DNA of 25,951 nucleotides, taken from a virus (lineage: Duplodnaviria; Caudoviricetes). A program made the position numbers and the translations under genes. The notes under the pieces are model-generated. The model ran no database searches. It saw only the letters and a list, made by a program, of their open reading frames with translations, and was not told the origin of the DNA. The stretch covers positions 1 to 25,951 of the IMG/VR virus record IMGVR_UViG_3300006752_000188. One strand, given 5' to 3'. Shown here piece by piece: positions 1-6,893 of this stretch (its first letter is position 1; the number at the start of each line of letters is the position of its first letter).

Positions 1-186
1 TATAGATAGGTTTTTAGTTGAGTTATCTCTAGGATTACCGTTACGGTGATTTACATCTTTACCGTCACCTTTTTTAACTGCCCCAACTTTTTTAAGGGCA
101 TTACGTGCAGCATTTCTAGAAGCCCTATTCTTCTTTTGCTGGTCAGTACCTTGATAATTTTTGTACTCTTTTTTGTAATTTCTCAT
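1..186 (-). CDS. HNH endonuclease, N-terminal part (runs off the window edge; absent from the ORF track)
   Basis: Manual translation from ATG at 186: MRNYKKEYKNYQGTDQQKKNRASRNAARNALKKVGAVKKGDGKDVNHRNGNPRDNSTKNLSI. The KDVxH..G...N...NL pattern is typical of small phage HNH nucleases. Starts 11 bp after the endolysin stop. Confidence 0.8.
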   Translation of the reverse strand, partial: MRNYKKEYKNYQGTDQQKKNRASRNAARNALKKVGAVKKGDGKDVNHRNGNPRDNSTKNLSI

Positions 187-197
187 TACTATCCCAC

Positions 198-650
198 CTA
201 CATCAATTCAAAATGTGGGCCATCAATAAAAGGTCTTCGACCTTGTGACCTACGTAAATCTACGTATGCCATCATTGCATCTTCCGATGTACCTTCATAT
301 GTACGGATGTCACCTTCTGACCATGCAGCACCCCACTTGATAGCTACACCAAGTTCCTTAGCTGCTTCTTTCATTGCATCACAGAGGTCATCGTATACGT
401 TTAACTCCCAGCAGCCCTTACCATCCACGTAAGCCATAAGGTCTACTGCACGTCCTTCTAGGTGTTTAGACTTCATAGTCTGGGATTTACCTGCAGCTAC
501 AAGCTTCTCTTGCTCTTCTACTGTACGCAGACCGTACACTACACCAAAGTCTACCTTGGTTAGTTCAATAGCTCGTTTAACTACGGCTACTAGGTTTTCA
601 TCTACGCCTTCCATCTTAGCAAGACTGCGATTTGATAGCTTAAAGGACAT
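198..650 (-). CDS. Endolysin, M15 family (L-Ala-D-Glu peptidase type)
   Basis: GLRTVEEQ, SKHLEGRAVD (SxHxxGxAxD), WGAAW and DGPHFEL Zn-ligand motifs; next to a holin-like gene. Confidence 0.93.
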   Translation of the reverse strand: MSFKLSNRSLAKMEGVDENLVAVVKRAIELTKVDFGVVYGLRTVEEQEKLVAAGKSQTMKSKHLEGRAVDLMAYVDGKGCWELNVYDDLCDAMKEAAKELGVAIKWGAAWSEGDIRTYEGTSEDAMMAYVDLRRSQGRRPFIDGPHFELM

Positions 651-1006
651 TATTTCTTCCCTGTAAAGAATTTAGATACGGATCTCATACCAATGCTGGC
701 AGAAACTATCCCGCCTAGTGAATACTGATACCAAGTAGGCATAGCTTCTAGTGCTGTAAAGCCTGCCTGTACAATTTCGTTGCCCCATTCCCCACAAAAT
801 GCAAGAATAAGGGGGATAGAAAAGAGAAGGGTAATCCACTCGTCTTTCCAAGAGTTCTGAGTAGCTCTGATAGCTTCGATATCCCAATCAATCTCACCAG
901 TAGCTTGTTTTACACGTATTTCTGCGTTAGCTTTTTGAATAGCTACCTTACCGTCAAGATAAGATGAAGCTAGACCGCCTACTGCACCTATTATTTGACC
1001 TATCAT
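650..1006 (-). CDS. Holin-like membrane protein (GTA 3TM holin-like)
   Basis: Amphipathic N-terminus, SWKDEW motif, two hydrophobic segments, P.WY motif, basic C-terminus; stop overlaps the endolysin start. Confidence 0.7.
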   Translation of the reverse strand: MIGQIIGAVGGLASSYLDGKVAIQKANAEIRVKQATGEIDWDIEAIRATQNSWKDEWITLLFSIPLILAFCGEWGNEIVQAGFTALEAMPTWYQYSLGGIVSASIGMRSVSKFFTGKK

Positions 1007-1323
1007 TTACTCGGAACCTTCTTAGCTAAGTTAGTTACACCCATAAATACTGATACTACGCCAGCGACAGAGACGAAATAGACAGATGCCATGCTGCCGA
1101 TAATAGTCGAGGCGTTTTCTAAGCCCATTAACCCAGTGAGGACAACACCTGAAGGATACAGAAGCATTCCCCACAGTGCAAACCAAGCCATTTTCCTAGT
1201 CTGATCTCTGTGTGCATCTTCATCCTCAATACGCCTTCTTTTATCGTCTAAAGCTAACTTATCCCACTCCGATTCGTCAATACAACCGCTACCATCTACG
1301 TCAACTTTGTCAAACTCAGTCAT
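1003..1323 (-). CDS. EF-hand-containing two-TM membrane protein (possible holin/antiholin)
   Basis: FDKV-DVDGSGCIDESE-W is a canonical 12-residue EF-hand loop, followed by two hydrophobic helices. ATG at 1323 overlaps the upstream TGA (ATGA coupling). Confidence 0.7.
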   Translation of the reverse strand: MTEFDKVDVDGSGCIDESEWDKLALDDKRRRIEDEDAHRDQTRKMAWFALWGMLLYPSGVVLTGLMGLENASTIIGSMASVYFVSVAGVVSVFMGVTNLAKKVPSK

Positions 1324-1556
1324 TCCCAATCTCTCTTTCGTCCAGGATCAAAAACGTCTCTAGCATTGAGCATTCCTTCGAGGAACATCGCTCTTTCTAC
1401 TCTGTCTAGAGAGTATTTAATACCTGTGTCTTGAAATATAGCTTCTCTTACGTAAAATACATCGGATCTTGGTATGTGTACTCTACGCATCTTGCCTTCG
1501 TTCTTGTCAGCTAAAGCTCTATAGAACTCTTCAACGACATTATCCGAGGCGTACAT
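1320..1556 (-). CDS. Hypothetical protein (78 aa, MYASDNVVEEF...)
   Basis: ORF-track frame 1320..1643. Start moved to ATG 1556 because a consensus promoter lies at 1575-1603, inside the longer version. Confidence 0.65.
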   Translation of the reverse strand: MYASDNVVEEFYRALADKNEGKMRRVHIPRSDVFYVREAIFQDTGIKYSLDRVERAMFLEGMLNARDVFDPGRKRDWE

Positions 1557-1574
1557 GTGTCTTTTTCTCATATA

Positions 1575-1603
1575 GTTATACCTTGGGGGAGGGGTAAAGT
1601 CAA
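1575..1603 (-). promoter_or_regulatory. Sigma70-type promoter for the lysis cassette
   Basis: Minus strand TTGACT (1603-1598), N17, TATAAC (1580-1575). Confidence 0.75.
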
Positions 1604-1650
1604 TACTTAAAATTGGACGACAGAAAAAACTTTGTACGTCCATAAAGTAC

Positions 1651-1770
1651 TACTTAAAGTTACTTAAAGTACTTAATAACTATTAATATATAAGAGATAA
1701 TAGGAAACTTAAGGGTACTTTAAGTAACTTAAAGTAACTTAAAGTTACACAGAGGTTACTTTAAGTATAA
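1651..1770. repeat. ACTTWAAGT quasi-palindromic repeat cluster, locus 1
   Basis: Copies start at 1652, 1662, 1717, 1727, 1737 and 1758, in 10-bp phase within groups, separated by a very AT-rich spacer (about 1671-1705). Confidence 0.9.
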
Positions 1771-1778
1771 TTACATTA

Positions 1779-1811
1779 AGTATTATATAATACTCTGTGC
1801 CCCGCCGTCAA
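1779..1811 (-). promoter_or_regulatory. Sigma70-type promoter with a 16-bp palindrome over its -10 box
   Basis: Minus strand TTGACG (1811-1806), N18, TATAAT (1787-1782). AGTATTATATAATACT (1779-1794) is a perfect palindrome. Confidence 0.65.
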
Positions 1812-1850
1812 GGGGTAGACAAAAATATTTTTATTTTTATTGATTTTTTA

Positions 1851-1893
1851 TTTGTGATCACAAAATATAATGGATAACACGATGTGATCACAT
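1851..1893. promoter_or_regulatory. Two TGTGATCACA palindromes 30 bp apart (operator-like)
   Basis: TTTGTGATCACAAA (1851-1864) and ATGTGATCACAT (1882-1893), both perfect palindromes. Confidence 0.6.
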
Positions 1894-2126
1894 AAAAGTG
1901 CGACAATTTGACCAGAACTAAAAAATCCCATCTCTGTCATTGGGCATATATACTATCTACGCACACCCCCCTGCCCCATACCCCCCGTAACATATTCAAG
2001 ATCGTGAATACTATCAGACATATTCAAGAATTTGAATGTGTTCGTATATCAACGTATTCTTATATATGGATGTATTATACAATATATGATTATATATGAA
2101 TATGTGAATGTGTTATACTGTAACAT

Positions 2127-2249
2127 TTAACTGACCGGGCGTTCAATTAACTCGGGCAAGTACCACTCACCACCACACACCGCAACACATTCAGATATTC
2201 GCATATGTAAATGTATACCCCCACCTTAATTGAACAAGCGTTCATTTAA
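2127..2249. promoter_or_regulatory. Two copies of a 24-bp imperfect palindrome (operator-like)
   Basis: TTAACTGACCGGGCGTTCAATTAA (2127-2150) and TTAATTGAACAAGCGTTCATTTAA (2226-2249). Confidence 0.55.
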
Positions 2250-2376
2250 TATATATCCGGTCGCATTGCCTCATAACGAGAACAAAACGTGAAACATGCC
2301 TGACACTCAATGTAAGCCCCTTACAAGCCCGAAAGAGGTTTTAGGGTATATTGACCCATAAAAACCCTATTCCCTG

Positions 2377-2428
2377 CAACTTATTGTTTTTGTTCTGTTT
2401 ATTTATTTATAGATATAAACAATTGATT
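2377..2428 (-). promoter_or_regulatory. Two IHF-consensus sites
   Basis: Minus strand AATCAATTGTTTA (2428-2416) is a perfect WATCAAN4TTR match; AAACAATAAGTTG (2389-2377) has one mismatch. The context is AT-rich, so chance matches are possible. Confidence 0.45.
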
Positions 2429-2591
2429 TAATTAACAAATAAATAAAAATGCAATAAAACGACAATAAATATACCAATTGTCGCAAAAGAGACATGAACA
2501 GTCGCAAACAGAATATAAAGCTACCTCAATACCCTGTTTAAGTCTCTTATAGGCCACGCCTATGCGTTATTTGACATTTTTGAGTTGCCAC

Positions 2592-3060
2592 GGTTTTCGG
2601 TCAATATTCCACTCGGAATTGCGGCCACCCTTAAAACCAAGTCTATATTCCTCAGTCAGTGGGAATACAGGGGCAATTCAATCCATACTCGGTAAACTGA
2701 CAACTGGTATGACAAGCCGGTTCAACCGATACCCGCCCAATGACTTAGGCAATAGCTCATTCAATCTGCGTGACTTCAAATAGAAGTAGTCCAGAAAAAT
2801 CGAAAGAGGTTTTGAGATTGCCAATCATAGTCAGAGGGCCATGGGGGAAAGGGTTGCGGGTAGCAAATGCAAAACCCGAAATGCAAAAGGTAACAGTCCT
2901 GATATGCAATGCGGTATGAATTGAGGTTCATATCAAGTGGCATATCCATTCAATCCTATTGATACGGGTTGAGTGATAGGGATAAACGCCACAAGGATAA
3001 CAATTCATAGGCCATTGCAATTGCTTTGGCCTATTGGTGGTTATCTTGTAACCGAAAACC
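2592..3060 (+). ncRNA. Candidate large structured RNA or highly structured 5' leader (~470 nt)
   Basis: 10-bp perfect closing pair GGTTTTCGGT (2592-2601) / ACCGAAAACC (3051-3060) enclosing many nested stems, some with G-U pairs on the + strand. No convincing ORF. Confidence 0.6.
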
Positions 3061-3083
3061 CCAAACAAAAAGGATATGGGAAA

Positions 3084-3548
3084 ATGAAAAATATCGTAAC
3101 AACTTTCAATCGTTCACTTGGCAATGGCGCAGCAATGGGCAAGGCTTTCAAAGAGGCAATAGACCATGTAATTGCAGAACGTGACACAACTGTAATTGTG
3201 AAGCTGATAAACGCCTGCAAAGCTAAGGGTGACACTCAGGCCGAAAGAGCAATTCGGGTGACGTTTGCAGCAATCTTTGACGGCTCAAAAGTGACAAAAA
3301 CAAAAACGGGTGGAGTAGCAATTAAGATTAAGGATGCCACCCTGAGCAATGCTGCGGTTGATACCCTTGCAAATTTAGTGGGTGATGAAACTTCCATGCG
3401 TGGTGCGAATTGGGCCAAGGCTTTTGCAGGCGATAAGGCTGAGGCTGAGTTGGATTATATCAAAGCTGCCACCAATTTGCTGAAACGTGGTTTCGACCCA
3501 GTCGCATTGATTGCAGCAATTCAACAACAGGCAAAACAGGCGGCATAA
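3084..3548 (+). CDS. First early protein, hypothetical (154 aa, Ala/Lys-rich, helical)
   Basis: ATG 3084 (MKNIVTTF...) with AAAGGA upstream; the ORF-track extension to 2973 runs through RNA hairpins. Followed by a terminator. Confidence 0.8.
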   Translation: MKNIVTTFNRSLGNGAAMGKAFKEAIDHVIAERDTTVIVKLINACKAKGDTQAERAIRVTFAAIFDGSKVTKTKTGGVAIKIKDATLSNAAVDTLANLVGDETSMRGANWAKAFAGDKAEAELDYIKAATNLLKRGFDPVALIAAIQQQAKQAA

Positions 3549-3580
3549 ACTATCATACAAATAAAAATAGATAAAACCTG

Positions 3581-3613
3581 AGCACCTCATGTTAACGCAT
3601 GGGGTGTTTTATT
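3581..3613 (+). terminator. Rho-independent terminator
   Basis: AGCACCTCATG-ttaacg-CATGGGGTGTT stem (2 G-U pairs) ending in a T-rich tract. Confidence 0.75.
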
Positions 3614-3639
3614 GTGTCTATTTAACAGGAGGTTATGAC

Positions 3640-3843
3640 ATGACTGCAATAGATAGTGACGGTAAAATGTGGATGCTGGTGGATGGTGACGGGAACCCTG
3701 TGTCTAAGGGTGATGCAATTACAGATTTTCGTGGTGATGCGTGCACACTCGACAGTGCCGAAATCCCACGACACTCTGCGTCCACGGGACGGGTGAACAA
3801 CTTTTTTCCAAGTGTTTTCGGCCTAAAATGGGTGGTTGTGTGA
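3640..3843 (+). CDS. Hypothetical early protein (67 aa)
   Basis: AGGAGG RBS before ATG 3640 (MTAIDSDG...). Confidence 0.7.
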   Translation: MTAIDSDGKMWMLVDGDGNPVSKGDAITDFRGDACTLDSAEIPRHSASTGRVNNFFPSVFGLKWVVV

Positions 3844-3848
3844 CATTG

Positions 3849-3956
3849 ATGCAACGAAAAAACAAATGGGTGTTGTATAATAGCAACGGGCAAGTTTTAA
3901 TTATCACCACCAACAAAAAAATTGCTGAGGAGATGATGCAAAATGGCAACAAATAG
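3849..3956 (+). CDS. Small hypothetical protein (35 aa)
   Basis: MQRKNKWVLYNSNGQVLIITTNKKIAEEMMQNGNK fills the gap between its neighbours and overlaps the next start. Confidence 0.55.
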   Translation: MQRKNKWVLYNSNGQVLIITTNKKIAEEMMQNGNK

Positions 3957-4275
3957 TGTGTTTATTGAGGATGATGAACAGGACAAATCCGTTCGTCAAC
4001 ACTCATTTCGTACAAGATACCTGCGGTATTCTTTTGCGCAGGATCGAGAGGCTCTTGAGGATGCTCAGGAGCCTTTCCGTTATGTTCTTGATGGTGCATA
4101 TCACAATGGTGTGACCCTGATACCTGTCGAGATCATGGGGAATAGTCTGGAGGATTGTGTCGAAAAGTTGAGACTTTCTGACCCAGATTTTACTCTGTCG
4201 CCCACCCTATCCCTAACTGGTGGATGGGTGTGTGCAGATTATGATGTGACTGCGAAGGTTCGCAGTTTAGTGTAA
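3943..4275 (+). CDS. Hypothetical early protein (110 aa)
   Basis: GAGGAG upstream, operon packing. Confidence 0.65.
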   Translation: MATNSVFIEDDEQDKSVRQHSFRTRYLRYSFAQDREALEDAQEPFRYVLDGAYHNGVTLIPVEIMGNSLEDCVEKLRLSDPDFTLSPTLSLTGGWVCADYDVTAKVRSLV

Positions 4276-4304
4276 ACCCAAATCAAAAACTGTAGGAGGT
4301 TAAA

Positions 4305-4802
4305 ATGGGTAATTCAGTATATACAAGTGAGTTCAAAGCAGAGGTTGTGGAGTATTACAAAACTCACACTGCCAAGGAAACTGCGGAGAAGTTTTCTGTC
4401 CAAACATACACTGTCGAGTGGTTTGGCAAAAGTGCAGGACTTGCCAAGGGTAATGACAAGTACCCTGTCGATTTCAAGCACGAGGCTTGCCAATTCTATG
4501 AAACACACACGGGCAATGAAACTCTCGCCAAGTTTGGAATTACTATAGCAGCATTGTGTAAGTGGCGCAAAGAGCTTGGATATCGTAACAAGCATCGTGG
4601 GTATAACTTGTACACTGAGGCTCTCCAGCCCACTGTAACAAAACGTGAACGCCGTAACTTTGTGATGACTCGTTCAGAGAATGGGCAACTCAAAGCTGAG
4701 TTACAGCAACGTGACGAACGTATCACGTCATTAGAGGAACGCCTAACTCAACTCGAAGGCACATCAACTATCATATCCCAACTAAAACAATTACTTAACT
4801 AG
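4305..4802 (+). CDS. Tandem helix-turn-helix protein with C-terminal coiled coil
   Basis: AGGAGG RBS. Two ~47-aa repeats (YTSEFKAEVVEYY..TAKETAEKFSV..VEWF and YPVDFKHEACQFY..TGNETLAKFGI..LCKWR) resemble transposase OrfA-type HTHs; heptad Leu pattern at the C-terminus. Confidence 0.75.
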   Translation: MGNSVYTSEFKAEVVEYYKTHTAKETAEKFSVQTYTVEWFGKSAGLAKGNDKYPVDFKHEACQFYETHTGNETLAKFGITIAALCKWRKELGYRNKHRGYNLYTEALQPTVTKRERRNFVMTRSENGQLKAELQQRDERITSLEERLTQLEGTSTIISQLKQLLN

Positions 4803-4810
4803 GAGGTAAC

Positions 4811-5302
4811 ATGAATATATTTGCACTCTCTGAGTGTCCTGAGCAGTCAGCATTGTGGCTAGATGACATACGCAAGAACAAGATGATCTTGGAATCTGCA
4901 CAAATGTTATCTACCACAGTCAGGCACCTAACGCCTGACACTGACTTGCCAGTGTATCGGGTGGCGTACTTAAACCACCCGTGCACCATCTGGGCCAGAC
5001 AATCCCGTGATAACTTTCGTTGGCTGGTGAGTCACATGAGATCGTTATTCAATCAGAAGTCGGGACTGCACAAGTCGGCAGACTTACTCCCTCACTTTGA
5101 CAAGTATGCAGAGGATGGTGCCTTCCCATCTGAAGGTAGAACACCCTTTGCAAACTGTGCACGTAATCAAGAACGTGGTGTAGATTACTCAGACGTTTCT
5201 GATGTGCATGGCGCATACCGCCTGTATATGAATGACAGGTGGAAAGAACGTACAATAACCCTGACATGGCGTTGGGGTAAGGAACCTGAATGGAGGAACT
5301 AA
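4811..5302 (+). CDS. Pyrimidine dimer DNA glycosylase family protein (DenV-like)
   Basis: MNIF.L..CP...A, KMILESAQML and HPCTIWAR.S..NF.WL motifs; AGGAGG RBS. Confidence 0.8.
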   Translation: MNIFALSECPEQSALWLDDIRKNKMILESAQMLSTTVRHLTPDTDLPVYRVAYLNHPCTIWARQSRDNFRWLVSHMRSLFNQKSGLHKSADLLPHFDKYAEDGAFPSEGRTPFANCARNQERGVDYSDVSDVHGAYRLYMNDRWKERTITLTWRWGKEPEWRN

Positions 5303-5303
5303 C

Positions 5304-6893
5304 ATGAGCTATACTATTCGTGCAGTGGACAAGTCTCTTATAGAGACTATGCCCGAGCAGATAAATGTGGAGTTTGAGATGTTCAAGCCCTACGAATTTG
5401 ACCCAGCATTTTTTACTCACGAGGGTGTTGCCGGTGCTGGTCACATCACTATCGGTGACAAAAAGTGTTACTTGGTTAGACCGTCAGAGTTTGGCTTTGT
5501 GGTCAAGAAAGTCTACACCCAAGACGATTCAGAGCCTGACCCTGTGCTACGTGCATGGGGTCGGTATCGAGAGTACGATATATTTCAATCCTCAGATAAC
5601 AGACTACAGAATTGGGTTGAGAACATAGTACAGGTAGTTGCTAATCTGGAAATGTCTGATGAGTGTCGTGTGTCACTGCGGTGCCGTGCACTAGGTGCTC
5701 GTAGGTCTGAGAGATTTCACCCTAAGATTACCTTGTGGTTATCTCAAGAGCATCGTGACACTGACAGGCTAACTGCCATGAAGCCTACCCGTGCTTTCGG
5801 CACATTGTTTCCCGAGCTTGAGCATAAGCAACTCATGCAGATTACAGATCTGTACTTGCGAGAGTTTGCACCTCGTGAGTTTACAGTGCACGTATCTCAA
5901 GAGGCAGATGACTTCAGACGTGCCTATGCTGGTAATCAGTCAGCCACAGAGAATATCGACACCACCCGTACCCGTAAGCACAGTGCACACAGCTGTATGC
6001 GGTATGAGTTCGGTCATCTACCCTGTCACCCTGCCACTGCATATGCTAGTGGTGACTTCTCTATCGTCTTTGTCACTGACCAGAACGGCGATATTGCTGG
6101 TCGTTGTGTAGTGTGTACAAGCCCTGACTTTGACATGCCACAGGCTGGGCCTATCTATGGTGTATCTGAGCAAGCCATTGACTGCATTGAGGAACGCCTA
6201 GAGTCTATGGGTGCAAGGTACGATGACAATGCAAGTTGGTTAGGTGCACGTCTTAAACGTATCGAGATGTGTGACGAAGGTTTCGTCGGCCCTTATCTAG
6301 ACTTGATTCCGCAACGGTTATCTGATACAGGTGAGTACCTAGTTGTAAGTCACACTGGTGAGATTGATGCCAGTGTTTACAGTGGCTTACTCGGTGGTAG
6401 TTATGCTGAGTGTACCGAGTGTGGTAGAGGTATAGATGAGGATGACACCTTCCATTCTGATACAACTCAGGAGTGTTACTGCGAGTCCTGCTACTACAAC
6501 GAGCATTTCTACTGCGAGTATGCAGAGTCAGATACACACACGTCAGAAGCCATAGAGTGCCGTAAGGTAACGTGCTACGGTCGTACTCAGGTATTCCTAG
6601 TGTGTGAACACCACGTACTTAACGGTGATGATTTTGTACTCTGCACTGACGATGAGTGGTGGCATATTGACGATGTTCAATACTGTGAGCACGATGACGT
6701 GTGGATTTCACCTGACAGCATTGACGAGTACTTTCGGTCTGATTGGGATGGCGAGTTGTACCCCAACAGTATGTCATGCACCACTGTTGATGGTGAGGAG
6801 GTATCTAAAGAAGAGATAGAAAATGATTCGGGCATCTGGCAAAAGAATGATGCTAACTTATGGGAACAAGTACAAGAGGAGATGGAAGTATGA
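5304..6893 (+). CDS. Hypothetical protein with a HSCM...GRCVV...IYG core and an acidic Cys/His-rich repetitive C-terminus (putative Zn-ribbons)
   Basis: GGAGG RBS, 529 aa; CTEC, CYCESC, YCEY and YCEH repeats in the last third; ATGA-coupled to the peptidase. Confidence 0.75.
   Translation: MSYTIRAVDKSLIETMPEQINVEFEMFKPYEFDPAFFTHEGVAGAGHITIGDKKCYLVRPSEFGFVVKKVYTQDDSEPDPVLRAWGRYREYDIFQSSDNRLQNWVENIVQVVANLEMSDECRVSLRCRALGARRSERFHPKITLWLSQEHRDTDRLTAMKPTRAFGTLFPELEHKQLMQITDLYLREFAPREFTVHVSQEADDFRRAYAGNQSATENIDTTRTRKHSAHSCMRYEFGHLPCHPATAYASGDFSIVFVTDQNGDIAGRCVVCTSPDFDMPQAGPIYGVSEQAIDCIEERLESMGARYDDNASWLGARLKRIEMCDEGFVGPYLDLIPQRLSDTGEYLVVSHTGEIDASVYSGLLGGSYAECTECGRGIDEDDTFHSDTTQECYCESCYYNEHFYCEYAESDTHTSEAIECRKVTCYGRTQVFLVCEHHVLNGDDFVLCTDDEWWHIDDVQYCEHDDVWISPDSIDEYFRSDWDGELYPNSMSCTTVDGEEVSKEEIENDSGIWQKNDANLWEQVQEEMEV

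Noticed and set aside
1651-1770. CRISPR array or CtrA boxes
   Set aside because: Repeat units are 9-10 bp with no unique spacers. TTAA pairs within the repeats are spaced N6, not the N7 of CtrA sites.
2571-2600. TTGACA at 2571 as a strong early promoter
   Set aside because: No -10-like hexamer at 16-18 bp spacing; treated as a possible boxA-like element instead. The true early promoter was not located.
2562-2783. 73-aa ORF in the track, and the 2973-3083 N-terminal extension of the next ORF
   Set aside because: No RBS and no protein-like features; both overlap the paired RNA-like stems. ATG 3084 has an RBS.
2592-3060. Cobalamin or c-di-GMP riboswitch, group I intron, RNase P or tmRNA identity for the structured element
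   Set aside because: I could not find their conserved cores by eye (for example the B12 box, GGCAAAC..GACGCAAA, GAGGAAAGTCC, or tRNA-like ends). An Rfam scan is needed to exclude them firmly.
4305-4802. IS3-family insertion sequence
   Set aside because: No OrfB/DDE transposase, frameshift site or terminal inverted repeats; the gene has a phage-type RBS and sits within the operon.
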